From: Tubiluchus corallicola
Taxonomy: Eukaryota > Animalia > Priapulida
DNA: 64,000 nucleotides
Reading direction: 5' to 3'
Assembly (NCBI GenBank): GCA_030141605.1
Contig: JAQGDQ010000724.1
Span: forward strand, 1 to 64,000
Notes under the pieces: generated by a model
What the model was told of the DNA's origin: nothing
Databases searched by the model: none
What the model saw: only the letters and a program-made list of their open reading frames with translations
Translations under genes and position numbers: made by a program
Shown here: positions 1 through 13,800 of the stretch, piece after piece
Layout: the number at the start of each line of letters is the position of its first letter
Position numbering within the stretch: position 1 is the first letter of the stretch

Positions 1-1834
1 GTAAATGTGTATGGATTGCAATGTGGGCTTGGATTGCAAATGCTAGGAGGGTGCAAGACCTCATGTGGGCTTTCTAGCTCACATGGGGGCATGTAAATGT
101 GTATGGTGGAAGGAGAGCATGCAAATAAGCCCAGCCTGTGGGTAGAAGGCTGTGCATCCAAACTTACATGTGGGCTTGGATTGCACATGCAAGGAGGGCG
201 CAAGAATCCATGTGGGCTTTCTAGCTCACATGGTTGCATGTAAATGTGTACAGTGGAAGGAGAGCATGCACATAAGCCCCACATGTGGGGAGAAGGATGT
301 GCATCCAAACCCACATGTGGGTTTAGATTGCACATGGTAGGAGGGTGCAAGACCCCATGTGGGCTTACTAGCTCACACAGGGGCCTGCAAATGTGTATGG
401 GAGGAAGAAGGGCATGCATGTGCATCCAAACTTACATGTGGGCTTGGATTGCACATGCAAGGAGGGTGCAAGACCTCATGTGGGCTTTCTAGCTCACATG
501 GGGGCATGTAAATGTGTATGGTGGAAGGAGAGCATGCAAATAAGCCCAGCCTGTGGGGAGAAGGCTGTGCATCCAAACTTACCTGTGGGCTTGGATTGCA
601 CATGCAAGGAGGGCGCAAGAATCCATGTGGGCTTTCTAGCTCACATGGTTGCATGTAAATGTGTACAGTGGAAGGAGAGCATGCACATAAGCCCCACATG
701 TGGGGAGAAGGATGTGCATCCAAACCCACATGTGGGTTTAGATTGCACATGGTAGGAGGGTGCAAGACCCCATGTGGGCTTACTAGCTCACACAGGGGCC
801 TGCAAATGTGTATGGGAGGAAGAAGGGCATGCATGTGCATCCAAACTTACATGTGGGCTTGGATTGCACATGCAAGGAGGGTGCAAGACCTCATGTGGGC
901 TTTCTAGCTCACATGGTGGCATGTAAATGTGTATAGTGGAAGGAGAGCATGCACATAAGCCCCACATGTGGGGAGAAGGCTGTGCATCCAAACCCACATG
1001 TGGGCTTGGATTGCATATGGTAGGAGGGTGCAAGAACTCATGTGAGCTAATTGTCTCACACGAGGCCTTTGCACGTAAGCCCTACATGTGGGAGGTAGTA
1101 GGCATCCAAGCTCCTATGTGGGCTTGGATTGTGTGTGGTAGGGTGTGCAAGACCCAATGTGGGTTATCTACTCACACCTGGGCTTCGTAGTTAAGCCCCA
1201 CATTTTGGGAGGAGGATGTGCATCCAAGCACACAAGTGGGTTTGGATTGCACATGGTAGCAGGGCGCAAGAATCGATGTGGGCTTTCTAGCTCACATGGT
1301 GGCATGTAAATCTGTACAGTGGAAGGACAGCATGCACATAAGCCCCACATGTGGGAAAAGGATGTGCATCCAAGCCCACATGTGGGTTTGGATTGCACAT
1401 GGTAGGAGGGTGCAAGACCCCATGTGGGCTTTCTAGCTCACATGGGGGTATGTAAATGTGTATGGTGGAAGGAGAGCATGCAAATAAGCCCCACCTGTGG
1501 GGAGAAGGCTGTGCATCCAAACCCACATGTGGGCTTGGATTGCACATGGTAGGAGGGCGCAAGACCCCATGTGGGCTTTCTAGCTCACATGGTGGCATGT
1601 AAATGTGTACAGTGGAAGGAGAGCATGCACATAAGCCCCACATGTGGGGAGAAGGCTGTGCATCCAAACCCACATGTGGGCTTGGATTGCACATGGTAGG
1701 AGGGTGCAAAAACTCATGTGAGCTAATTGTCTCACACGAGGCCTTTGCATGTAAGCCCTACATGTGGGGAGGTAGTAGGCATCCAAGCTCCTATGTGGAT
1801 TAGAGATTGTGTGTGGTAGTGGGTTACAAGACCC
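1..1834. repeat. Satellite array A: ~147+148+120 = 415-bp higher-order unit built from short subunits containing the CCCACATGTGGG palindrome; runs off the left edge
   Basis: TGTAAATGTGTA-type anchors recur at ~91, 238, 386, 506, 653, 801, 921. Identical ORF translations at 244 and 659 give a 415-bp offset. Confidence 0.95.
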
Positions 1835-4800
1835 AGATGTTTCGGGTTGTTTGTAGATGTTTGGGACTGCTCTAAATGAGTGGTTAGATGCTGCAGTTTT
1901 GTCAATATAGCTAAATAGATGAATAGAATTTGATGTACGTGTCAGATGTTTCAGATTGCTCTAAGTGAGCTCTGATTAGATGTTTCAGAATGTCTGTGGA
2001 TCTTAACTGATTATTGAGATCAGGTATAAATGCCTTCAGACATGATGTAGATGTTTTCGGTTGCGTATAGATGCCATCTCACCAAACGGTTGAGTCTTCC
2101 TACCAGATGCAAGAGTTTGGTCATTGATGTCTTCTAAGAAGCTAATTGAGGCTATCGCTGTATTTCTCTATCAGATACTTATCTCATTGCCTAACATTGC
2201 CTGTACAGGTCTTCTGGTTAGGTATCTGAGATTTGCAATAGATTTCATCAGTCTATGTGTTAGAGATTGTTCTAAGTGAGTTCTGACTAGATGTTTCGGG
2301 TTGTTTGTAGATATTTGGGACTGCTCTAAATGAGTCTGGTTAGATGCTGCAGTTTGTCTTTGTTTACGTGTCAGATGTTTCAGATTGCTTTAAGTGCGTT
2401 CTGACTAGATGTTTCAGAACGTCTGTGGATCTTAACAGATTATTGGGATCAGGTATAAGTGCCTTCAGACATGATGTAGATGTTTTCGGTTGCGTATAGA
2501 TGCCATCTCACCAAACGGTTGAGTCTTCCTACCAGATGCAAGAGTTTGGTCATTGATGTCTTCTAAGAAGCTAATTGAGGCTATCGCTGTATTTCTCTAT
2601 CAGATCTTATGTCATTGCCTAACATTGCCTGTACAGGTCTTCTGGTTAGATATCTGAGATTTGCAATAGATTTCATCAGTCTAAGTGTTAGAGATTGTTC
2701 TAAGTGAGTTCTGACTAGATGTTTCGGGTTGTTTGTAGATGTTTGGGACTGCTCTAAATGAGTCTGGTTAGATGCTGCAGTTTTGTCTATATATCTAAAT
2801 AGATGAATAGAATTTGATGTACGTGTCAGATATTTCAGATTGCTCTAAGTGAGTTCTGACTAGATGTTTCAGAACGTCTGTGGATCTTAACAGATTATTG
2901 GGATCAGGTATAAGTGCCTTCAGACATGATGTAGATGTTTTCGGTTGCGTATAGATGCCATCTCACCAAACGGTTGCGTCTTCCTACCAGATGCAAGAGT
3001 TTGGTCATTGATGTCTTCTAAGAAGCTAATTGAGGCTATCGCTGTATTTCTCTATCAGATCTTATGTCATTTGCCTAACATGTCTTCTGGTTAGGTATCT
3101 GAGATTTGCAATAGATTTCATCAGTCTAAGTGTTAGAGATTGTTCTAAGTGAGTTCAGACTAGATGTTTCGGGTTGTTTGTAGATGTTTGGGACTGCTCT
3201 AAATGAGTCTGGTTAGATGCTGCAGTTTTGTCAATATATCTAAATAGATGAATAGAATTTGATGTACGTGTCAGATGTTTCAGATTGCTCTAAGTGAGCT
3301 CTGATTAGATGTTTCAGAATGTCTGTGGATCTTAACTGATTATTGAGATCAGGTATAAATGCCTTCAGACATGATATAGATGTTTTCGGTTGCGTATAGA
3401 TGCCATCTCACCAAACGGTTGAGTCTTCCTACCAGATGCAAGAGTTTGGTCATTGATGTCTTCTAAGAAGCTAATTGAGGCTATCGCTGTATTTCTCTAT
3501 CAGATACTTATCTCATTGCCTAACATTGCCTGTACAGGTCTTCTGGTTAGGTATCTGAGATTTGCAATAGATTTCATCAGTCTATGTGTTAGAGATTGTT
3601 CTAAGTGAGTTCTGACTAGATGTTTCGGGTTGTTTGTAGATATTTGGGACTGCTCTAAATGAGTCTGGTTAGATGCTGCAGTTTGTCTTTGTTTACGTGT
3701 CAGATGTTTCAGATTGCTTTAAGTGCGTTCTGACTAGATGTTTCAGAACGTCTGTGGATCTTAACAGATTATTGGGATCAGGTATAAGTGCCTTCAGACA
3801 TGATGTAGATGTTTTCGGTTGCGTATAGATGCCATCTCACCAAACGGTTGAGTCTTCCTACCAGATGCAAGAGTTTGGTCATTGATGTCTTCTAAGAAGC
3901 TAATTGAGGCTATCGCTGTATTTCTCTATCAGATCTTATGTCATTGCCTAACATTGCCTGTACAGGTCTTCTGGTTAGATATCTGAGATTTGCAATAGAT
4001 TTCATCAGTCTAAGTGTTAGAGATTGTTCTAAGTGAGTTCTGACTAGATGTTTCGGGTTGTTTGTAGATGTTTGGGACTGCTCTAAATGAGTCTGGTTAG
4101 ATGCTGCAGTTTTGTCTATATATCTAAATAGATGAATAGAATTTGATGTACGTGTCAGATATTTCAGATTGCTCTAAGTGAGTTCTGATTAGATGTTTCA
4201 GAACGTCTGAGGATCTTAACAGACTATTGGGATCAGGTATAAGTGCCTTCAGATATGATGTAGATGTTTTCGGTTGCGTATAGATACCATCTCACCAAAC
4301 GGTTGCGTTTTCCTACCAGATGCTAGAGTTTGGTCATTGATGTCTTCTAAGAAGCTAATTGAGGCTATCGCTGTATTTCTCTATCAGATACTTATCTCAT
4401 TGCCTAACATTGCCTGTACAGGTCTTCTGGTTAGGTATCTGAGATTTGCAATAGATTTCATCAGTCTATGTGTTAGAGATTGTTCTAAGTGAGTTCTGAC
4501 TAGATGTTTCGGGTTGTTTGTAGATATTTGGGACTGCTCTAAATGAGTCTGGTTAGATGCTGCAGTTTGTCTTTGTTTACGTGTCAGATGTTTCAGATTG
4601 CTTTAAGTGCGTTCTGACTAGATGTTTCAGAACGTCTGTGGATCTTAACAGATTATTGGGATCAGGTATAAGTGCCTTCAGACATGATGTAGATGTTTTC
4701 GGTTGCGTATAGATGCCATCTCACCAAACGGTTGAGTCTTCCTACCAGATGCAAGAGTTTGGTCATTGATGTCTTCTAAGAAGCTAATTGAGGCTATCGC

Positions 4801-7800
4801 TGTATTTCTCTATCAGATCTTATGTCATTGCCTAACATTGCCTGTACAGGTCTTCTGGTTAGATATCTGAGATTTGCAATAGATTTCATCAGTGTAAGTG
4901 TTAGAGATTGTTCTAAGTGAGTTCTGACTAGATGTTTCGGGTTGTTTGTAGATATTTGGGACTGCTCTAAATGAGTCTGGTTAGATGCTGCAGTTTGTCT
5001 TTGTTTACGTGTCAGATGTTTCAGATTGCTTTAAGTGCGTTCTGACTAGATGTTTCAGAACGTCTGTGGATCTTAACAGATTATTGAGATCAGGTATAAA
5101 TGCCTTCAGACATGATATAGATGTTTTCGGTTGCGTATAGATGCCATCTCACCAAACGGTTGAGTCTTCCTACCAGATGCAAGAGTTTGGTCATTGATGT
5201 CTTCTAAGAAGCTAATTGAGGCTATCGCTGTATTTCTCTATCAGATCTTATGTCATTGCCTAACATTGCCTGTACAGGTCTTCTGGTTAGATATCTGAGA
5301 TTTGCAATAGATTTCATCAGTCTAAGTGTTAGAGATTGTTCTAAGTGAGTTCTGACTAGATGTTTCGGGTTGTTTGTAGATGTTTGGGACTGCTCTAAAT
5401 GAGTCTGGTTAGATGCTGCAGTTTTGTCTATATATCTAAATAGATGAATAGAATTTGATGTACGTGTCAGATATTTCAGATTGCTCTAAGTGAGTTCTGA
5501 TTAGATGTTTCAGAACGTCTGAGGATCTTAACAGACTATTGGGATCAGGTATAAGTGCCTTCAGATATGATGTAGATGTTTTCGGTTGCGTATAGATGCC
5601 ATCTCACCAAACGGTTGCGTTTTCCTACCAGATGCTAGAGTTTGGTCATTGATGTCTTCTAAGAAGCTAATTGAGGCTATCGCTGTATTTCTCTATCAGA
5701 TACTTATCTCATTGCCTAACATTGCCTGTACAGGTCTTCTGGTTAGGTATCTGAGATTTGCAATAGATTTCATCAGCCTATGTGTTAGAGATTGTTCTAA
5801 GTGAGTTCTGACTAGATGTTTCGGGTTGTTTGTAGATATTTGGGACTGCTCTAAATGAGTCTGGTTAGATGCTGCAGTTTGTCTTTGTTTACGTGTCAGA
5901 TGTTTCAGATTGCTTTAAGTGCGTTCTGACTAGATGTTTCAGAACGTCTGTGGATCTTAACAGATTATTGGGATCAGGTATAAGTGCCTTCAGACATGAT
6001 GTAGATGTTTTCGGTTGCGTATAGATGCCATCTCACCAAACGGTTGAGTCTTCCTACCAGATGCAAGAGTTTGGTCATTGATGTCTTCTAAGAAGCTAAT
6101 TGAGGCTATCGCTGTATTTCTCTATCAGATCTTATGTCATTGCCTAACATTGCCTGTACAGGTCTTCTGGTTAGATATCTGAGATTTGCAATAGATTTCA
6201 TCAGTCTAAGTGTTAGAGATTGTTCTAAGTGAGTTCTGACTAGATGTTTCGGGTTGTTTGTAGATGTTTGGGACTGCTCTAAATGAGTCTGGTTAGATGC
6301 TGCAGTTTTGTCTATATATCTAAATAGATGAATAGAATTTGATGTACGTGTCAGATGTTTCAGCTTGCTCTAAGTGAGCTCTGATTAGAAATTTCAGAAT
6401 GTCTGTGGATCTTAACTGATTATTGAGATCAGGTATAAATGCCTTCAGACATGATGTAGATGTTTTCGGTTGCGTATAGATGCCATCTCACCAAACGGTT
6501 GAGTCTTCCTACCAGATGCAAGAGTTTGGTCATTGATGTCTTCTAAGAAGCTAATTGAGGCTATCGCTGTATTTCTCTATCAGATACTTATCTCATTGCC
6601 TAACATTGCCTGTACAGGTCTTCTGGTTAGGTATCTGAGATTTGCAATAGATTTCATCAGTCTATGTGTTAGAGATTGTTCTAAGTGAGTTCTGACTAGA
6701 TGTTTCGGGTTGTTTGTAGATGTTTGGGACTGCTCTAAATGAGTCTGGTTAGATGCTGCAGTTTTGTCTATATATCTAAATAGATGAATAGAATTTGATG
6801 TACGTGTCAGATATTTCAGATTGCTCTAAGTGCGTTCTGACTAGATGTTTCAGAACGTCTGTGGATCTTAACAGATTATTGGGATCAGGTATAAGTGCCT
6901 TCAGACATGATGTAGATGTTTTCGGTTGCGTATAGATGCCATCTCACCAAACGGTTGAGTCTTCCTACCAGATGCAAGAGTTTGGTCATTGATGTCTTCT
7001 AAGAAGCTAATTGAGGCTATCGCTGTATTTCTCTATCAGATCTTATGTCATTGCCTAACATTGCCTGTACAGGTCTTCTGGTTAGGTATCTGAGATTTGC
7101 AATAGATTTCATCAGTCTAAGTGTTAGAGATTGTTCTAAGTGAGTTCTGACTAGATGTTTCGGGTTGTTTGTAGATGTTTGGGACTGCTCTAAATGAGTT
7201 CTGGTTAGATGCTGCAGTTTTGTCTATATGTCTAAAATAGATGAATAGAATTGGATGTACGTGTCAGATATTTCAGATTGCTCTAAGTGAGTTCTGATTA
7301 GATGTTTCAGAATGTCTGTGGATCTTAACTGATTATTGAGATCAGGTATAAATGCCTTCAGACATGATGTAGATGTTTTCGGTTGCGTATAGATGCCATC
7401 TCACCAAACGGTTGCGTCTTCCTACCAGATGCAAGAGTTTGGTCATTGATGTCTTCTAAGAAGCTAATTGAGGCTATCGCTGTATTTCTCTATCAGATCT
7501 TATGTCATTTGCCTAACATGTCTTCTGGTTAGGTATCTGAGATTTGCAATAGATTTCATCAGTCTAAGTGTTAGAGATTGTTCTAAGTGAGTTCTGACTA
7601 GATGTTTCGGGTTGTTTGTAGATGTTTGGGACTGCTCTAAATGAGTCTGGTTAGATGCTGCAGTTTTGTCAATATAGCTAAATAGATGAATAGAATTTGA
7701 TGTACGTGTCAGATGTTTCAGATTGCTCTAAGTGAGCTCTGATTAGATGTTTCAGAATGTCTGTGGATCTTAACTGATTATTGAGATCAGGTATAAATGC

Positions 7801-10800
7801 CTTCAGACATGATATAGATGTTTTCGGTTGCGTATAGATGCCATCTCACCAAACGGTTGAGTCTTCCTACCAGATGCAAGAGTTTGGTCATTGATGTCTT
7901 CTAAGAAGCTAATTGAGGCTATCGCTGTATTTCTCTATCAGATACTTATCTCATTGCCTAACATTGCCTGTACAGGTCTTCTGGTTAGGTATCTGAGATT
8001 TGCAATAGATTTCATCAGTCTATGTGTTAGAGATTGTTCTAAGTGAGTTCTGACTAGATGTTTCGGGTTGTTTGTAGATATTTGGGACTGCTCTAAATGA
8101 GTCTGGTTAGATGCTGCAGTTTGTCTTTGTTTACGTGTCAGATGTTTCAGATTGCTTTAAGTGCGTTCTGACTAGATGTTTCAGAACGTCTGTGGATCTT
8201 AACAGATTATTGGGATCAGGTATAAGTGCCTTCAGACATGATGTAGATGTTTTCGGTTGCGTATAGATGCCATCTCACCAAACGGTTGAGTCTTCCTACC
8301 AGATGCAAGAGTTTGGTCATTGATGTCTTCTAAGAAGCTAATTGAGGCTATCGCTGTATTTCTCTATCAGATCTTATGTCATTGCCTAACATTGCCTGTA
8401 CAGGTCTTCTGGTTAGATATCTGAGATTTGCAATAGATTTCATCAGTCTAAGTGTTAGAGATTGTTCTAAGTGAGTTCTGACTAGATGTTTCGGGTTGTT
8501 TGTAGATGTTTGGGACTGCTCTAAATGAGTCTGGTTAGATGCTGCAGTTTTGTCTATATATCTAAATAGATGAATAGAATTTGATGTACGTGTCAGATAT
8601 TTCAGATTGCTCTAAGTGAGTTCTGATTAGATGTTTCAGAACGTCTGAGGATCTTAACAGATTATTGGGATCAGGTATAAGTGCCTTCAGACATGATGTA
8701 GATGTTTTCGGTTGCGTATAGATGCCATCTCACCAAACGGTTGAGTCTTCCTACCAGATGCAAGAGTTTGGTCATTGATGTCTTCTAAGAAGCTAATTGA
8801 GGCTATCGCTGTATTTCTCTATCAGATCTTATGTCATTTGCCTAACATGTCTTCTGGTTAGGTATCTGAGATTTGCAATAGATTTCATCAGTCTAAGTGT
8901 TAGAGATTGTTCTAAGTGAGTTCAGACTAGATGTTTCGGGTTGTTTGTAGATGTTTGGGACTGCTCTAAATGAGTGGTTAGATGCTGCAGTTTTGTCAAT
9001 ATAGCTAAATAGATGAATAGAATTTGATGTACGTGTCAGATGTTTCAGATTGCTCTAAGTGAGCTCTGATTAGATGTTTCAGAATGTCTGTGGATCTTAA
9101 CTGATTATTGAGATCAGGTATAAATGCCTTCAGACATGATGTAGATGTTTTCGGTTGCGTATAGATGCCATCTCACCAAACGGTTGGTCTTCCTACCAGA
9201 TGCAAGAGTTTGGTCATTGATGTCTTCTAAGAAGCTAATTGAGGCTATCGCTGTATTTCTCTATCAGATCTTATGTCATTTGCCTAACCACATGTCTTCT
9301 GGTTAGGTATCTGAGATTTGCAATAGATTTCATCAGTCTAAGTGTTAGAGATTGTTCTAAGTGAGTTCAGACTAGATGTTTCGGGTTGTTTGTAGATGTT
9401 TGGGACTGCTCTAAATGAGTGGTTAGATGCTGCAGTTTTGTCAATATAGCTAAATAGATGAATAGAATTTGATGTACGTGTCAGATGTTTCAGATTGCTC
9501 TAAGTGAGCTCTGATTAGATGTTTCAGAATGTCTGTGGATCTTAACTGATTATTGAGATCAGGTATAAATGCCTTCAGACATGATGTAGATGTTTTCGGT
9601 TGCGTATAGATGCCATCTCACCAAACGGTTGAGTCTTCCTACCAGATGCAAGAGTTTGGTCATTGATGTCTTCTAAGAAGCTAATTGAGGCTATCGCTGT
9701 ATTTCTCTATCAGATACTTATCTCATTGCCTAACATTGCCTGTACAGGTCTTCTGGTTAGGTATCTGAGATTTGCAATAGATTTCATCAGTCTATGTGTT
9801 AGAGATTGTTCTAAGTGAGTTCTGACTAGATGTTTCGGGTTGTTTGTAGATATTTGGGACTGCTCTAAATGAGTCTGGTTAGATGCTGCAGTTTGTCTTT
9901 GTTTACGTGTCAGATGTTTCAGATTGCTTTAAGTGCGTTCTGACTAGATGTTTCAGAACGTCTGTGGATCTTAACAGATTATTGGGATCAGGTATAAGTG
10001 CCTTCAGACATGATGTAGATGTTTTCGGTTGCGTATAGATGCCATCTCACCAAACGGTTGAGTCTTCCTACCAGATGCAAGAGTTTGGTCATTGATGTCT
10101 TCTAAGAAGCTAATTGAGGCTATCGCTGTATTTCTCTATCAGATCTTATGTCATTGCCTAACATTGCCTGTACAGGTCTTCTGGTTAGATATCTGAGATT
10201 TGCAATAGATTTCATCAGTCTAAGTGTTAGAGATTGTTCTAAGTGAGTTCTGACTAGATGTTTCGGGTTGTTTGTAGATGTTTGGGACTGCTCTAAATGA
10301 GTCTGGTTAGATGCTGCAGTTTTGTCTATATATCTAAATAGATGAATAGAATTTGATGTACGTGTCAGATATTTCAGATTGCTCTAAGTGAGTTCTGATT
10401 AGATGTTTCAGAACGTCTGAGGATCTTAACAGACTATTGGGATCAGGTATAAGTGCCTTCAGATATGATGTAGATGTTTTCGGTTGCGTATAGATGCCAT
10501 CTCACCAAACGGTTGCGTTTTCCTACCAGATGCTAGAGTTTGGTCATTGATGTCTTCTAAGAAGCTAATTGAGGCTATCGCTGTATTTCTCTATCAGATA
10601 CTTATCTCATTGCCTAACATTGCCTGTACAGGTCTTCTGGTTAGGTATCTGAGATTTGCAATAGATTTCATCAGTCTATGTGTTAGAGATTGTTCTAAGT
10701 GAGTTCTGACTAGATGTTTCGGGTTGTTTGTAGATATTTGGGACTGCTCTAAATGAGTCTGGTTAGATGCTGCAGTTTTGTCTATATATCTAAATAGATG

Positions 10801-13800
10801 AATAGTGATGTACGTGTCAGATGTTTCAGATTGCTCTAAGTGAGTTCTGACTAGATGTTTCAGAACGTCTGTGGATCTTAACAGATTATTGGGATCAGGT
10901 ATAAGTGCCTTCAGACATGATGTAGATGTTTTCGGTTGCGTATAGATGCCATCTCACCAAACGGTTGAGTCTTCCTACCAGATGCAAGAGTTTGGTCATT
11001 GATGTCTTCTAAGAAGCTAATTGAGGCTATCGCTGTATTTCTCTATCAGATCTTATGTCATTGCCTAACATTGCCTGTACAGGTCTTCTGGTTAGGTATC
11101 TGAGATTTGCAATAGATTTCATCAGTCTAAGTGTTAGAGATTGTTCTAAGTGAGTTCTGACTAGATGTTTCGGGTTGTTTGTAGATATTTGGGACTGCTC
11201 TAAATGATTCTGGTTAGATGCTGAAGTTTGTCTTTGTTTACGTGTCAGATGTTTCAGATTGCTTTAAGTGCGTTCTGACTAGATGTTTCAGAACGTCTGT
11301 GGATCTTAACAGATTATTGGGATCAGGTATAAGTGCCTTCAGACATGATGTAGATGTTTTCGGTTGCGTATAGATGCCATCTCACCAAACGGTTGAGTCT
11401 TCCTACCAGATGCAAGAGTTTGGTCATTGATGTCTTCTAAGAAGCTAATTGAGGCTATCGCTGTATTTCTCTATCAGATCTTATGTCATTGCCTAACATT
11501 GCCTGTACAGGTCTTCTGGTTAGATATCTGAGATTTGCAATAGATTTCATCAGTCTAAGTGTTAGAGATTGTTCTAAGTGAGTTCTGACTAGATGTTTCG
11601 GGTTGTTTGTAGATGTTTGGGACTGCTCTAAATGAGTCTGGTTAGATGCTGCAGTTTTGTCTATATATCTAAATAGATGAATAGAATTTGATGTACGTGT
11701 CAGATATTTCAGATTGCTCTAAGTGAGTTCTGATTAGATGTTTCAGAACGTCTGAGGATCTTAACAGACTATTGGGATCAGGTATAAGTGCCTTCAGACA
11801 TGATGTAGATGTTTTCGGTTGCGTATAGATGCCATCTCACCAAACGGTTGAGTCTTCCTACCAGATGCAAGAGTTTGGTCATTGATGTCTTCTAAGAAGC
11901 TAATTGAGGCTATCGCTGTATTTCTCTATCAGATCTTATGTCATTGCCTAACATTGCCTGTACAGGTCTTCTGGTTAGATATCTGAGATTTGCAATAGAT
12001 TTCATCAGTCTAAGTGTTAGAGATTGTTCTAAGTGAGTTCTGACTAGATGTTTCGGGTTGTTTGTAGATGTTTGGGACTGCTCTAAATGAGTCTGGTTAG
12101 ATGCTGCAGTTTTGTCTATATATCTAAATAGATGAATAGAATTTGATGTACGTGTCAGATATTTCAGATTGCTCTAAGTGAGTTCTGATTAGATGTTTCA
12201 GAACGTCTGAGGATCTTAACAGACTATTGGGATCAGGTATAAGTGCCTTCAGATATGATGTAGATGTTTTCGGTTGCCTATAGATGCCATCTCACCAAAC
12301 GGTTGCGTTTTCCTACCAGATGCTAGAGTTTGGTCATTGATGTCTTCTAAGAAGCTAATTGAGGCTATCGCTGTATTTCTCTATCAGATACTTATCTCAT
12401 TGCCTAACATTGCCTGTACAGGTCTTCTGGTTAGGTATCTGAGATTTGCAATAGATTTCATCAGTCTATGTGTTAGAGATTGTTCTAAGTGAGAGTTCTA
12501 ACTAGATGTTTCGGGTTGTTGGTAGATGTTTGGGACTGCTCTAAATGAGTGGTTAGATGCTGCAGTTTTGTCAATATATCTAAATAGATGAATAGAATTT
12601 GATGTACGTGTCAGATGTTTCAGATTGCTCTAAGTGAGTTCTGATTAGATGTTTCAGAATGTCTGTGGATCTTAACAGATTATTGGGATCAGGTATAAGT
12701 GCCTTCAGACATGATGTAGATGTTTTCGGTTGCGTATAGATGCCATCTCACCAAACGGTTGAGTCTTCCTACCAGATGCAAGAGTTTGGTCATTGATGTC
12801 TTCTAAGAAGCTAATTGAGGCTATCGCTGTATTTCTCTATCAGATCTTATGTCATTGCCTAACATTGCCTGTACAGGTCTTCTGGTTAGATATCTGAGAT
12901 TTGCAATAGATTTCATCAGTCTAAGTGTTAGAGATTGTTCTAAGTGAGTTCTGACTAGATGTTTCGGGTTGTTTGTAGATGTTTGGGACTGCTCTAAATG
13001 AGTCTGGTTAGATGCTGCAGTTTTGTCTATATATCTAAATAGATGAATAGAATTTGATGTACGTGTCAGATATTTCAGATTGCTCTAAGTGAGTTCTGAT
13101 TAGATGTTTCAGAACGTCTGAGGATCTTAACAGACTATTGGGATCAGGTATAAGTGCCTTCAGATATGATGTAGATGTTTTCGGTTGCGTATAGATGCCA
13201 TCTCACCAAACGGTTGCGTTTTCCTACCAGATGCTAGAGTTTGGTCATTGATGTCTTCTAAGAAGCTAATTGAGGCTATCGCTGTATTTCTCTATCAGAT
13301 ACTTATCTCATTGCCTAACATTGCCTGTACAGGTCTTCTGGTTAGGTATCTGAGATTTGCAATAGATTTCATCAGTCTATGTGTTAGAGATTGTTCTAAG
13401 TGAGTTCTGACTAGATGTTTCGGGTTGTTTGTAGATATTTGGGACTGCTCTAAATGAGTCTGGTTAGATGCTGCAGTTTGTCTTTGTTTACGTGTCAGAT
13501 ATTTCAGATTGCTCTAAGTGAGTTCTGATTAGATGTTTCAGAACGTCTGTGGATCTTAACAGATTATTGGGATCAGGTATAAGTGCCTTCAGACATGATG
13601 TAGATGTTTTCGGTTGCGTATAGATGCCATCTCACCAAACGGTTGAGTCTTCCTACCAGATGCAAGAGTTTGGTCATTGATGTCTTCTAAGAAGCTAATT
13701 GAGGCTATCGCTGTATTTCTCTATCAGATCTTATGTCATTGCCTAACATTGCCTGTACAGGTCTTCTGGTTAGATATCTGAGATTTGCAATAGATTTCAT

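Noticed and set aside
152-1803. Cys/His-rich ORFs in satellite A resembling zinc-finger or metal-binding proteins
   Set aside because: They are open on both strands and in several frames, lack C2H2 spacing, and the 415-bp period is not a multiple of 3. They are by-products of the repeat.
2240-2300. Hammerhead-like GAAAC..GTC...CTGATGA on the minus strand of satellite B
   Set aside because: Stems I and II cannot pair next to the core nucleotides.
4274-13403. Five copies of a 72-aa hydrophobic ORF
   Set aside because: TTG starts; present only in one satellite variant, while the other units carry a TGA or a frameshift.
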